DNA of 64,000 nucleotides, from the NCBI RefSeq assembly GCF_009914755.1, contig NC_060925.1. One strand, given 5' to 3'. Below the pieces are notes generated by a model. The model worked only from the letters and a program-made list of their open reading frames with translations. It was not told the DNA's origin and ran no database searches. This stretch comes from the human T2T-CHM13v2.0 reference genome, Homo sapiens. The position numbers and the translations under genes are program-made. Of this stretch, positions 47,331-59,501 are shown one piece after another (position 1 is the first letter of the stretch; each line of letters begins with the position of its first letter).

Positions 47331-47703
47331 TGCGCATGCGCCTATCCGTCTTCTCCCAAAGCAACCACCACCTGGTGGCGCCACTTCCCCCCACGCCTGT
47401 TTCACCCATTCAGCCCTCTCTTTCGAATACCTTTGTCCAATTCCATAAGGGCAGAGTTGGCATCCAGTTCCTGTTCGCCATAGCCGGCATCTGCCAGGAA
47501 AGACTTAGTTGAGTTTGACGCCATGACCCGAATAGTTACTCGACTAGCCTAGTCAGAAAGCTTGCAAACTCTACCCCAGGACCGCCATCTTCCCCCGCCG
47601 CCTTCTTGCTGGTTTTTCTTCCGCGCGCTGTCAAGCCCTGTTACGCATGCGCCCTGGTCACCCCGCGGTTTGTCCGCGCCTCTGCTACCCCCTGCGCAGG
47701 CGC
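47331..47703. promoter_or_regulatory. NRF1 motifs, CTCF-like motif, YY1 motif
   Basis: TGCGCATGCGC 47331-47341, CGCATGCGC 47644-47652, TGCGCAGGCGC 47693-47703; CCACCTGGTGGCGC 47368-47381; CCGCCATCTT 47582-47591. Confidence 0.65.
47431..47524 (-). CDS. INTS7: INTS7 coding exon 1 (Integrator complex subunit 7)
   Basis: Minus strand ATG GCG TCA AAC... translates MASNSTKSFLADAGYGEQELDANSALMELDK; ends G|gtattc donor; 94 nt. Confidence 0.96.
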
Positions 47704-47803
47704 TCAAGGAGCTCTTGGACTCCAGGTTCCCGCGGCTGGGAGAAAAGGAGGCGGGGATCCGAAGGGGGAAATGACTCTGAGGCGCCCGGACGTCGCTCGG
47801 AAG

Positions 47804-47867
47804 CCAATCAGAGAGCGTGACGTCAGTTTGGCGCGGAGTTTGGCGGCCGGGGCTTACAGTGGCGGGA
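47804..47867 (+). promoter_or_regulatory. CCAAT box, CRE and tandem E2F sites upstream of DTL
   Basis: CCAAT 47804-47808, TGACGTCA 47818-47825, TTTGGCGC 47827-47834, TTTGGCGG 47839-47846, GTGGCGGGA 47859-47867. Confidence 0.8.
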
Positions 47868-47977
47868 GTTGGAGGCGATAACGATTTGTGTTGTGAGAGG
47901 CGCAAGCTGCGATTTCTGCTGAACTTGGAGGCATTTCTACGACTTTTCTCTCAGCTGAGGCTTTTCCTCCGACCCTG

Positions 47978-48029
47978 ATGCTCTTCAATTCGGTGCTCCG
48001 CCAGCCCCAGCTTGGCGTCCTGAGAAATG
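47978..48029 (+). CDS. DTL: DTL (CDT2/DCAF2, CRL4 substrate receptor) coding exon 1
   Basis: ATG CTC TTC AAT..., MLFNSVLRQPQLGVLRNG, G|gtgagt; 52 nt. Confidence 0.96.
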
Positions 48030-49552
48030 GTGAGTAACGGTCCCAACCGCTGCTCGGAGCTGGCGGAATTCATTTCCCCCGAAACACACGCCACCTCCGA
48101 CCAGGGCCGACTCCAATTCTGAACTCAGCTTCTGAGTTCTCCCATGGCAAGGGTAAATTAGTGTTAGCAGGGACTACTAAAGAAAGCTGTACTTTCATCC
48201 CCTCGGGACACTTGTAATCGTAATCGGGCTTTTAAAATCGTAACGTAGGCAGGGACGTCGAAATAACTGCCTTCCAAGGCCCCTTACAGCTTACATCTCC
48301 ATTGCGCGTTAACGGGAAAATGCATGCATTTGTGTGTATATGTTTCCTTCAACGGTTATTTGAGATGCTCAAAACTCCTAATCATTGATTAATTCATTCG
48401 TTTGTTGTAGAATCTTAGTGAGCCCAGCTATGTGCTATAGGTATATACCAGTGAATATGACCCGCTGTTAAGGAACTCAGTCAAGCAGAGAAGACAGGAT
48501 ATCTGCTTCTAACAGGAACAAAATCTTATTTTCCCCGTTTACTACACGGTCATAAAAATTTAAATTATAGAGTGAAAGATGCCTGTAACCACATCCGCCA
48601 GAGATGACCCCTGTTAATAGATTGAAGTATATTATTCCAGATGTTTTCGACGCTAGAGGTAATACCTATTATTTTCAGAAATCGGATCAAAACGTCCAGT
48701 TTTTTCACTTTAATGGTATAAGTTGAACGTATTCCCATGTTAATACGTAGAAATCTAACTTATTTTCTTACGCTAAAACATTGGCAATAAGAGATTTGAG
48801 GTTAGATTTGGATGTCATCAACTTAAACTTTTTGGTAAGTTTCAGATAAGGGAGCTAACTACCCAGATTAACCTTGGACAGAAATAAAATCTCACTCATG
48901 TGAAGGTCGACTATAGCCAGAGGTTCTTTTTCCCCTTGAAACTATGTGGAAAACGAACCTGAGAAGGGAATTTTTATATTCAGCGATGAGTCTAGGAAAA
49001 TAATATTGAGAAAGAGACTGAGAAGTAGTCCCTCAACTTCCTGCTAGCAGTCTGAAACTTTATACCATCCTTATTTATTTCCCTCTTAGATAATCTTTGT
49101 AATTATACTTAAATGCTCCTCTTTCTGTCTCTCCTGGGACCTTGTTTGAGTAACTTCTTTGTCCTCTGTTTAAGAGTGACAGTACGCACAGTGGCTAAGA
49201 ACTCTGTCTTTGAAGTTAAACTGCCTGGGTTTTATTATACTTCCACACCTTACTATATGTGTGTTCTGGGGGAGCTGTTCAGCCTCTATTTTGTGACAGA
49301 TTTTCTCCTAATTCTCCATGTGTTTACCTTTCCCTTCCCTCTTTCCTATTCTCAAGTACTCATTCGTTGTTACATAATAGTCACTGAAATTCATTCGTTA
49401 TTATATGAAATCTATAGAATCATCTCCTTTCCTCTTCAGTGTTGGTGTTCCATCCTTGACCCCTTTTCTTCTTCTACCTACTCCTTTGGATGATCACAGC
49501 CACAACCAGGGCTTCTTCCACTTCTACATACATACAACCTTCTGTTACTTAT

Positions 49553-50394
49553 ATAGTAAGTCCTCACTTAATGTCTAGATAGGCTCTTGGAAACTGTGAC
49601 TTTAGGGAAAACAGTGTATAACTAAACTAACTCTACCATAGGCTACTTGATATAAATAAGAATTGTTTCAGTGGCATATTTTGGTCACACAAACACCACC
49701 GAACTTCTAAAGAAAGACTCAAAGTACTTTTAATATTAAATGTTGAAATAATTGTGTGCTATACATATATTTGAGAAAGATTAATAAAAACAGGTGAGAT
49801 AATTATCCAAGTTTTGGTGTATCAGCGAGTGACCTCGGTCATAGTGGCGGTGGGCTAAATCAAGGAATAAATGTTTGCAAAGTGAAAATTGGAAGGAGCA
49901 CCTCCTACCACCACCCAGTTCAAAAACAATCACAAATATGGCAGCTCACTGAGCCCTTTCATACCAAATCGTTTATTGTCATTCATTTGTATGATTATTG
50001 TAAAGTTTACCCATTTTTATTTTACAATTATTTGTATTCATTCATTTTCTGACACACTTATTCCAGCTCAGGGCTGTGGGTGCCCGGAGCCTATCCTGGC
50101 AGCTCATGGTACAAGGTGGAAACCAGCTCTAGACCAGACACTATTTCATCACAGGAAGCACTCACACACACTCATTGTCTACTGGGACCATGTAGACACA
50201 CCAGTGAACCTAACATACACATCTTTGGCATGTGGGAGGAAACCAGAGTACCTGGAGAAAACCCCTATGAACATGGGAAGAGCATGTACAAACTCCACAC
50301 GGCCAATGGCCTCAAACAGGAATTGATTTTTTCCTCATGAACAGTATAACGAAATGACATTGTACAAAATTATGTTATTGGAAGACTTCCTGTA
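49553..50394 (-). mobile_element. MER6-like Tigger-family DNA element, near full length
   Basis: AGTAAGTCCTCACTTAATGTC..GATAGG start; TGTGGGAGGAAACCAGAGTACCTGGAGAAAACCC...CAAACTCCACAC segment. Confidence 0.72.
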
Positions 50395-51649
50395 CCTGAG
50401 ATTCATTTCTATAAAAGCTGTGTGGGTTGATTAGCACCTAGACGGTCAATCCCACAAGCATCTCAAACTCAAATACCCAAAACTGAACTCAGCTTTTCCC
50501 CCAAACCTGCAATATTACCAATTTTAGAGAGTGACCTCATTATTTAAACCTGCCAGAAACCTGAGTAAATTAAAGACTTCTTCATCTTCCTCACAGTTAC
50601 ACATTCAAAACATTTCGTTAAAATCTCTTGAATCCATCCTCTCTTCTTTATCTGTTATGATTATGCATCTTTACTGTATGCTGGATGTGTTCTATTTTTA
50701 CTATTCCATTTCCCTAGGTTGGGCCCTAATGCCTTCTTGTCTGGATTGTAAGAAGTCTCCCAGATGGCCTCCTAGTTTGTCTGTCTTCGGTTTATTCTCC
50801 ACATTGCTGCTAATGATCCTTCTAAAATGGAAATCTGATTACTCTTCTGTGTATTTTTAAATTGATATCTAAAAGTTTTTATTATAAACTTAAACAAATG
50901 CAAAGAATATAATTTCTGACCATATTGGGAATATTGACATTTTAAAAATAAAAATGCTATATCACTCCTTTAAGTGTATCTAATATAATTTAAATACTAT
51001 AGTGATTTGATAATCACATCATCCATTTTTTAGAAAAATACAAACTCCTCTTTATCTGCTGGACATTCCATATAGCTGCTTTTTCCTCTTGAATTTATTT
51101 CCATTTCATTTCTCCTACAGAATTTCTCCTAATGTAATTTAATTTTATGCTTGAAAAGCTCTTTTACTGATCACTCTGTCATACCCTTCTGTGTCAAAAA
51201 ATGTGTTTAAATTGCTGTTTTCTGTCATAAGCCTCCAAGTATTAAAACTTCTTTATGGATTGAATTTTCAATTCAATTATTAGTACTATATGATTGATTA
51301 AAACAATATAGATTACCAATTTTGATAATTATTAACCAAAAGTAAAATTTTATTGGAAGTCCATCTTTTTAAAGAGATGAATTTGGGTGTTTATGGTCCC
51401 TTTATTGAAGGAATTATTTAATTATCTCTTAGTTAAGGTTCCACCAGTTTATTTGTTTTTATTTAAAAATATTTGATACCCAAAAGTTTTTATTCTTTGG
51501 ATCAGTGCAAGGTTTAAGATTGGGGCACGGGAATGCCTTTCTTTTATAAAGTGGAAGAAAGGAAGTGATGAAGGGAAAGGGAAAAAGTGGTACCTCAACC
51601 TTCTCAGAGACATCAGGTTTTTCAGACAGGTGAGTTTTAGAAATGCGTA

Positions 51650-52414
51650 TATAGTCATCCAATTGCTTATAAATGGAGATAACATTTTGAGAAATGCATC
51701 ATTAGGTGATTTTATCATTGTGCAAACATCACAGAGTATAAACACAAAGCTAGATAGTGTAACTACTACACACCTAAGCTATATATTTTTCCTAGGCTAT
51801 AAACCTGTGTAGCATATTACTGTATTGAATACCGTAGGCAACTGTAACACAATGGTAAGTATTTGTGTATTTAAACATAGAAAAGGTTCAGTAAAAATAG
51901 GATATAAAAGATAAAAAATGGTAACACCTGTGGAGGGTGCTTACTATGAATGGGAGCTTGCAGGACTGGGGGTTGCTGTGAGTGAATCAGTGAGTGAGTA
52001 GTCAGTCAGCACGAAGACCTGGGACATTATACTACTGTAGACTTTATAAACACTCTATACTTAGGCTGCATTAAATTGATTAAAAAATACTTTCTTCAAT
52101 AATAAATTAACCTTAGCTTACTGTAACTTTTAAACTTACAAACATCTTAAATTTTTTAACTTTTTGACCCTTGTGGTAACAGGTAGCATAAAGCACAGAC
52201 ACATTGTATAATTGTACAAAATATTTTATTTCTTCATATTCTTATTCTATAAGTTTTTTTATTTTAAATGTTTTTCTTTTCTTAACTTTTCAAACCTTTT
52301 GTTAAAAACTAAGACACAATAGGAATTTTTAAGCTCCATTATAATGTTGTAAGACTACCATTGTGTATGCGGTCTGTCTTTGGCCAAAATGCCATTACAT
52401 GGCATATGACTGTA
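51650..52414 (-). mobile_element. Tigger3b-like DNA transposon
   Basis: Reverse complement of the 25124-26037 element type; ends CATATGACTGTA. Confidence 0.75.
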
Positions 52415-52427
52415 TATCGTAGTTGAG

Positions 52428-53069
52428 TACAGTAGTACCTCCTTATCCTTGAAGGATATGTTCCAAGACCCAACCCTATGTATGCTGTGTTTTTTACTAT
52501 ACAGACACATACCTATGATTAAGTTTAGGCACAGTAAGAGATTAACAATAACTAATAATAACATAGAACAATTATAACGATATTCTGTAATAAAAGTTAT
52601 GTGAAGGTGGCCTCTCGGAATATCTCATGGTGCTATATACTTGCCCTTCTCATGATGATGTGAGATGATATAATACCTACAACATGAAGAGATGAAGTGA
52701 GATGAATGACGTAGGCAGGCACTGTGATATAACATTAGGCTACTACTTCCAACTATGTGACAGACAAAGCAGCTTCTATGTGATATAACATTAGGCTACT
52801 ACTCCCAACTATGTGACAGACACAGCAGCTAAGTGACTAAAGAGCAGGTAACGTCTATGGCACTGCTACTCTGGACACAGGGATGATTCATATCCTGGAC
52901 AGGTCAGGGTAGGACAGTGTGAAATTTTCTTGCCACTCAAAATGGCACGCAATTTAAAACATGAATTGTTTATTTCTGGAATTTTCAGTTTAATAGTTTC
53001 AGACCGTTGTTGACTATAGGCAACTGAAACCACAAAAAGCGAAACCACGGGTGAGGGGTAACTACTGTA
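52428..53069 (+). mobile_element. MER44/Tigger7-like DNA transposon
   Basis: TACAGTAGTACCTCCTTATCC...GGTGAGGGGTAACTACTGTA inverted termini with TA flanks. Confidence 0.72.
52723..52830. repeat. 56-bp tandem duplication within MER44-like element
   Basis: TGTGATATAACATTAGGCTACTACTYCCAACTATGTGACAGACA.AGCAGCT x2. Confidence 0.9.
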
Positions 53070-53585
53070 TCTGGAAATTGAGTCTCTGAAAACTCTCATG
53101 TTCTTGTATACTACTTGGAATATGTGCATGTAACTCCAGGGGCTTAAGTTGTACAATGAGGAAATAATAGCTTTTTCCAAATGTGTTGTGGAGGAAAGCA
53201 TTACAGTTTCATGTTCATAACACAATAAGGATCCAAAAGTAGCTTAGGGTGGTTCATCAGTGAAGTGTGTATTGCAGGGATTGCATAAGTAGAGGGGTAG
53301 GCAAGGACCAATCACTCACCATTCATTGGTGTTTGGATGTTAATTATAGGCAGTGAGGCAGAGTTAAAGAGTCATTGTTTAATTGTAAAAAATTGTAGGT
53401 TTTTTGGAGTGTATCATCTTCATTTCAACCAAGTTGTTCAAAAGTCCCTTTTGAGTTTTTATTTTGCAGTTGATTTTTTTTTTAATTCCAAAACGTGTAT
53501 ATTTACATAACCTTTGAACAGAGGCTTTTGTTTTTACACACTTATTCCGTAGGTTAATACTTGTGACCTCAACATAACTATTGCA

Positions 53586-53895
53586 TTTTTGGCGGGGGGG
53601 TGGGGGGTGGGGACGGAGTGTCGCTGTGTTGCCCAGGCTGGAGTGCAGTGGCGAGGTCTCAGCTCGCGGCACGCTCCGCCTCCCAGGTTCACTCTATTCT
53701 CCTGCCTCAGCCTCCGAGTAGCTGGGACTACAGGCGCCTGCCACCACGCCTGGCTAATTTTTTTTTTATGTATTTTTAGTAGAGACGGGGTTTCACCGTG
53801 TTAGCCAGGATGGTCTCGATCTCCTGACCTCGTGGTCCGCCTGCCTCGGCCTCCCGAAGTGCTGGGATTACAGGTGTGAGAGACCGCGCCCGGCC
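53586..53895 (-). mobile_element. AluY-like with C-rich tail
   Basis: Reverse Alu with Y diagnostics, TSD TATTGCATT. Confidence 0.9.
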
Positions 53896-55075
53896 TATTG
53901 CATTCTTTTAGTGGTCTTTAACAGCTCCTTTACAATGATATGTGATGCTGAAATTATGACGTGATGGCCCCAGAACTAATTAAATTTGGATTAAATTTCT
54001 TTGGTGCCCTTCTGTTGATTCATTCAGATTATGTCTATGAACATCCAAATGTAGATTTGTCTGAGGTTATGTCAGGCTAAGATGTATTCTCCACATAGTA
54101 CTTTTGATGAAAAGTGAGGATTCAGAGTACCCTAAAATGTGAGTTTGTTAATTATTTAAGATGCTTTCAATAGATTGTAAACTCAGTGTTTCCTCCAATG
54201 CTTATTGAACATTTGGTTTTCAGTAATTACTTGTTGAATGAATGTTTATTTTATATATTTAAAATGTCTTGATCACAAATCAGTATAATAAAAACAAATC
54301 TCTGAAGATGTCTTTACTATGTAGGAGCATAGTGCACATTAGACCTCTGACCCAAGCAGAATAAACTTTTCTTCTACCCTGAGTCTCTTGTTCTCTGTTC
54401 TAAATTCAGTGAAAATTTACCCATCTTTCAAGACCTCCTGTAAAGACTCCCTGACCCACTACCACTAGCCAGGGCTAATTAAATGTTTTCTAGGGGTAGG
54501 TACATAACACTTCACTTTACAATTTCTCTAATATAATTTAAGGTACTATAATTGCTGCTATTAACATTTTAGATTCCTACAATTTCAGCACTAAAGGAAA
54601 ACAGAAGTAAATTTGGTGAATATGTTACTGGCTATAGTAGCTGCATTGACATATTTTCTTTGGCTCTTTGACCATTGGATTTTGTATGATGTTCTGGAAT
54701 AAGAATTTAATTGAAGGGGATAGCAGTTTTAATGGAATGCTTTTGTGGTTGTCTCTTTGGTAGGAGAAGGGGGAAGATCTTTCTTAATATGCAGAGGCCT
54801 CTTGTTTCTTCTAATCTCAATGTACTAGTGAGAGTCTCCATTTTAGATAGTAAGCCCAAAGCTATACCTCCCCAGAAGTTGGAAGTGCTCTTTCATTTTT
54901 TCCTTAGGACTCCTTAATGAAATAACAGAAATGGTGTCTTCCATAGATATTAATAGTAAGTGGATCTATGTTAATATCTAAAGTTTCTTAAGGACAAATA
55001 TTTACCTCTGAATTTGTTAAAAATGCTGAAATGTGATGCTGTATTGGAATTCTATAAGGAATTATCTTGTTTTAG

Positions 55076-55201
55076 GATGGTCTTCACAATACCCTCTTCA
55101 ATCCCTTCTGACTGGTTATCAGTGCAGTGGTAATGATGAACACACTTCTTATGGAGAAACAGGAGTCCCAGTTCCTCCTTTTGGATGTACCTTCTCTTCT
55201 G
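55076..55201 (+). CDS. DTL: DTL exon 2
   Basis: ttttag|GA TGG..., WSSQYPLQSLLTGYQCSGNDEHTSYGETGVPVPPFGCTFSS, G|gtaaga; 126 nt. Confidence 0.95.
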
Positions 55202-55419
55202 GTAAGAGAATTACTATCTAGGCAAGGCTTGGACAGAAATGATCTATTTCACACTTATAGGGAAAATATACTAGAGTATTTCCCTTTCAAAGAAAAGTAA
55301 ATTAGGTGGATGTTAGAGTTTTTGTAAAAACTGTTATCTTCTGATTTATAAAATAGACTTTTCTTAATCTCTATACATCATTAGCATAACTATATTTCCT
55401 CTAAAGCATAGGACTATTA

Positions 55420-56175
<756 letters not shown>

Positions 56176-56405
56176 CTAATAGACTATTACATAGTCATGA
56201 TTGTGGTAAAAATAAGTAAATAAAAATATGGTTAAAAAAACTAATAGACTCAGCCTGCTGGCAGCCTACATCATCATATGCCTTTGTTTGCCATTGGCCA
56301 GTACCACTCTTGTTTTAAGTACTACCCTCGATTTAGCCCTTCTCTAAATAAGAGATTATCTGAAGAAAATTTTGGTGGTTTTGAGTAAGCTTAAAAATTT
56401 TTGTA

Positions 56406-56700
56406 GCTAGGCATGGTGGCTCACGCCTGTAATCCCAGCACTTTGGGAGGCTGAGGTGGGTGGATCACTTGAGGTCAGGAGTTCGAGAGCAGCCTGACCA
56501 GCATGGTGAAACCCCATCTCTAGTAAAAATACAAAATTAGCTGGGCGTGGTGGCGCATGCCTGTAATCCCACCTACTTGGGATGCTGAGGCAGGAGAATC
56601 ACTTGAACCCAGGAGGTGGAGGTTGCAGTGAGCCAAACTGCACTATTGCACTCCAGTCTGGGTGACAGAGCAAGACTCCGTCTGAAAAAAAAAAAAAAAA
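56406..56700 (+). mobile_element. Alu (S-like), ending 43 nt before DTL exon 3
   Basis: Full Alu with poly(A). Confidence 0.92.
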
Positions 56701-56743
56701 TTGTGTTACTCTTTATATATTTTTTTCTTTATTTCTGCTTTAG

Positions 56744-56842
56744 CTCCCAATATGGAACATGTACTAGCAGTTGCCAATGAAGAAGGCTTTGTTCGATTGT
56801 ATAACACAGAATCACAAAGTTTCAGAAAGAAGTGCTTCAAAG
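56744..56842 (+). CDS. DTL: DTL exon 3 (WD40 repeat)
   Basis: ctttag|CT CCC..., APNMEHVLAVANEEGFVRLYNTESQSFRKKCFK, G|gtaagt; 99 nt. Confidence 0.95.
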
Positions 56843-56923
56843 GTAAGTCTAGGTCTACAATTTTTGTTTTAACATTTAAAAAACTTTACACATCCTCAAG
56901 TATATTATTATTTGAACACATTC

Positions 56924-57330
56924 TGTTTTAGTCTGTCTTCTGTTGCTATAAAGGAATAACTGAGACTGGGTAGTTTATATAGAAAAAGTTTACTTGGTGT
57001 GTGATTCTGCTGGCTAGAATAGTAGACATCTGGTGAAGGCCTCAGGCTGCCCCCACTCCTGGCAGAAGGCAAAGAGGAGCCCATGAATACAGAGGTCACA
57101 TGGCAAGAGAAGGGTGTACTACCAAGCTCTTTTTTAACAATCAGCTCTCCAGGGAACTAATAGAGTGAGAACTCACTCATCTTTTCACCTCTTAGGGAGG
57201 GCGTTAATCTGTTCATGAGGGATCCACCCCCATGACCCAAATGCCTCCCATTAGGTCCCACTTCCAACTTTGGGGATTAAATTATAACATGAGATTTGGG
57301 AAGGGACAAACATCTGTAGTATATATAACA
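56924..57330 (-). mobile_element. ERVL-MaLR solo LTR (MSTB-like)
   Basis: TTGCTATAAAGGAATAACTGAGACTGGGTAGTTTAT...CATGACCCAAATGCCTCCCATTAGGTCCCAC. Confidence 0.82.
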
Positions 57331-57992
57331 CATTCCCAATGATATTAACTTCTGATTAAGTCTTTTTAGGGACCAGATTAGATGTGAATGGTGGACTGCC
57401 TATCTGTCAATAACTGTTAACTGTGACAATGCCTTTACTCAAAGTTAAGAAAAATACTTTTTAGGATTAAAAACAATTCTTCAAAAAGTTAAATCTTTAA
57501 CACTTAATGTGATTAGAGAAGTGTTGCTTTAAAATACTTATATTAATCAAGCATTTTTCATGTTTAAAGCAAAGTTCTAACCTTAAGAAGCTGATAATTT
57601 GGAACCCATAAGTCAAGTGTTGAAATAACTGAAATAAAACAAAGACTATAAATGATGTAGAAGTAGAAAGAAAACACACTGGTGTCAAAGAGAAAGCTCT
57701 CATGTAGTAAAGAAGGCTAGGAAAACTTACGAAGCATGGGGCATTTGAGTTGGATTATGGTATTTAGACCAGTGGAAATGGAAGGGGGCACTCCAGGTGA
57801 CGGGAAAAGCATTAGCAAAGGTCTAGAGATAGAAAAGCATAGGATATAATAGGAAGTGACCAATTTGTTTGGAATAAGGTATCGAGAACAGTGAGAGATG
57901 AGGCTTGCAACCAAGATAAAGACTAAAGAATGCAAAATGTTGAATGTCAAACTAAAGTATTTTACATTCCATTCAGAGAGCATCATGAAGTT

Positions 57993-58159
57993 CTTTTTGT
58001 TTTTGGTTTTGTTGTTGTTGTTGTTGTTGTTGTTGTATTTTTGGTAGAGATGGGGTTTCACCACATTAGCCAGGCTGGTTAACTCCTGGCCTCAAGTGAT
58101 CTGCCTGTCTTGGCCTCCCAAAGTGCTGGGATTACAGGTGTTAGCCACTGTGCCCAGCC
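57993..58159 (-). mobile_element. Alu left arm/FLAM with (TTG)n microsatellite tail
   Basis: (TTG)n ~58009-58036; TSD ATCATGAAG. Confidence 0.85.
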
Positions 58160-58351
58160 AGTATCATGAAGATTTTTGAACTGGAATATATTTCAGAAAG
58201 ATTCCATTGTAGAGAATATATTACTAGTGAACTCATGGAAAGGAATTTGACATCAGATGGTAGTAGTTCTCATGTGGTAATTAAGGGAATGTGTAATTTC
58301 TGTGAGTCCACAAATTCTCTTTGCTCATGCCAAAGGGTGCTGACTACTGAT

Positions 58352-59125
58352 TTTTTATGTGTGCATCTTTATTTTTATTATTTTAAGTTCCAGGGTACAT
58401 GTGCAGGACATGCAGGTTTGTTACGTAGGTAAACATGTGCCGTGGTGGTTTGCTGCACATACCAACCCATCACCTAGGTATTAAGCCCAGCATGCATTAG
58501 CTATTTTTCCTGATGTTCTCCCTCTCCATGCTCCCCCTCAAGAGGCCCCAGTGTGTGTTGTTCCCCTCCCTGTGTCCATGTGTTCTCGTTGTTCAGCTCC
58601 CACTTATGAGTGAGAACATACGGTGTTTGGTTTTCTGTTTGTGCATTAGTTTGCTGAGGATAATGACTTCCAGCTCCATCCATGTCCCTGCAAAGGACAT
58701 GATCTCATTCCTCTTATGGCTGCATTGTATTCCACAGTGTATATGTACCACATTTTCTTTATCCAATCTATCATTGATGGGCATTTGGGTTGATTCCATG
58801 TCTTTGCCATTGTGAATAATGCTGCAGTGAACATATGCATGCATGTATCTTTATAATAGAATGATTTATGTTCCTTTGGGTATATACCCAGTAATGGGAT
58901 TGCTGGGTCAAATGGTATTTCTGGTTCTAGGTCTTTGAGGAAGCGCCACACTGTCTTCCACAACGGTTGAATTAATTTACATTCCCACCAACAGTGTAAA
59001 ACTGTTGCTATCTCTCCGCAGCCTTGCCAGCATCTGTTGTTTCTTGACTTTTTAAATAATTGCCATTCTGACTGACGTGAAATGATATCTCATTGTGGTT
59101 TTGATTTGCATTTCTCTAATGATCA
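58352..59125 (-). mobile_element. L1PA 3' fragment (~770 bp)
   Basis: ORF2 end (WKTVWRFLKDLEPEIPFDPAIPLLGIYPK) plus 3'UTR; TSD ACTACTGAT. Confidence 0.92.
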
Positions 59126-59234
59126 ACTACTGATCTTTTTACTACTACAGCTTTCCAGGCATTTAAAGTTATATTAATATGGGTACCACAGAATACAATT
59201 TAGACATTTCACATTTACCATTTTCTTTGTTTAG

Positions 59235-59296
59235 AATGGATGGCTCACTGGAATGCCGTCTTTGACCTGGCCTGGGTTCCTGGTGAACTTAAACTT
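59235..59296 (+). CDS. DTL: DTL exon 4
   Basis: gtttag|AA TGG..., EWMAHWNAVFDLAWVPGELKL, CTT|gtaagt; 62 nt. Confidence 0.95.
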
Positions 59297-59380
59297 GTAA
59301 GTGACTTTATTTCATTAGGATCTGGGTAAATACTGATAAGGGAGTGCTTTATTAAATTGTGTTTACCTTATTTTTGAAAG

Positions 59381-59501
59381 GTTACAGCAGCAGGTGATCA
59401 AACAGCCAAATTTTGGGACGTAAAAGCTGGTGAGCTGATTGGAACATGCAAAGGTCATCAATGCAGCCTCAAGTCAGTTGCCTTTTCTAAGTTTGAGAAA
59501 G
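59381..59501 (+). CDS. DTL: DTL exon 5 (WD40 repeat)
   Basis: tgaaag|GTT ACA..., VTAAGDQTAKFWDVKAGELIGTCKGHQCSLKSVAFSKFEK, G|gtaggt; 121 nt. Confidence 0.95.

Larger units (their letters stand above)
47150..48320. promoter_or_regulatory. CpG island / INTS7-DTL bidirectional promoter
   Basis: GC- and CpG-rich block spanning both first exons; divergent ATGs at 47524 and 47978. Confidence 0.92.

Noticed and set aside
47039-47905. Several 61-157 aa ORFs over the CpG island
   Set aside because: Stop-poor GC-rich or antisense-to-exon frames with no recognisable protein.
49889-50340. 145-aa ORF in DTL intron 1
   Set aside because: Within non-autonomous MER6-like element; no transposase motifs.
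54944-55287. Short AT-rich hairpins either side of DTL exon 2
   Set aside because: Stems of ~10 bp, low stability, plausible by chance.
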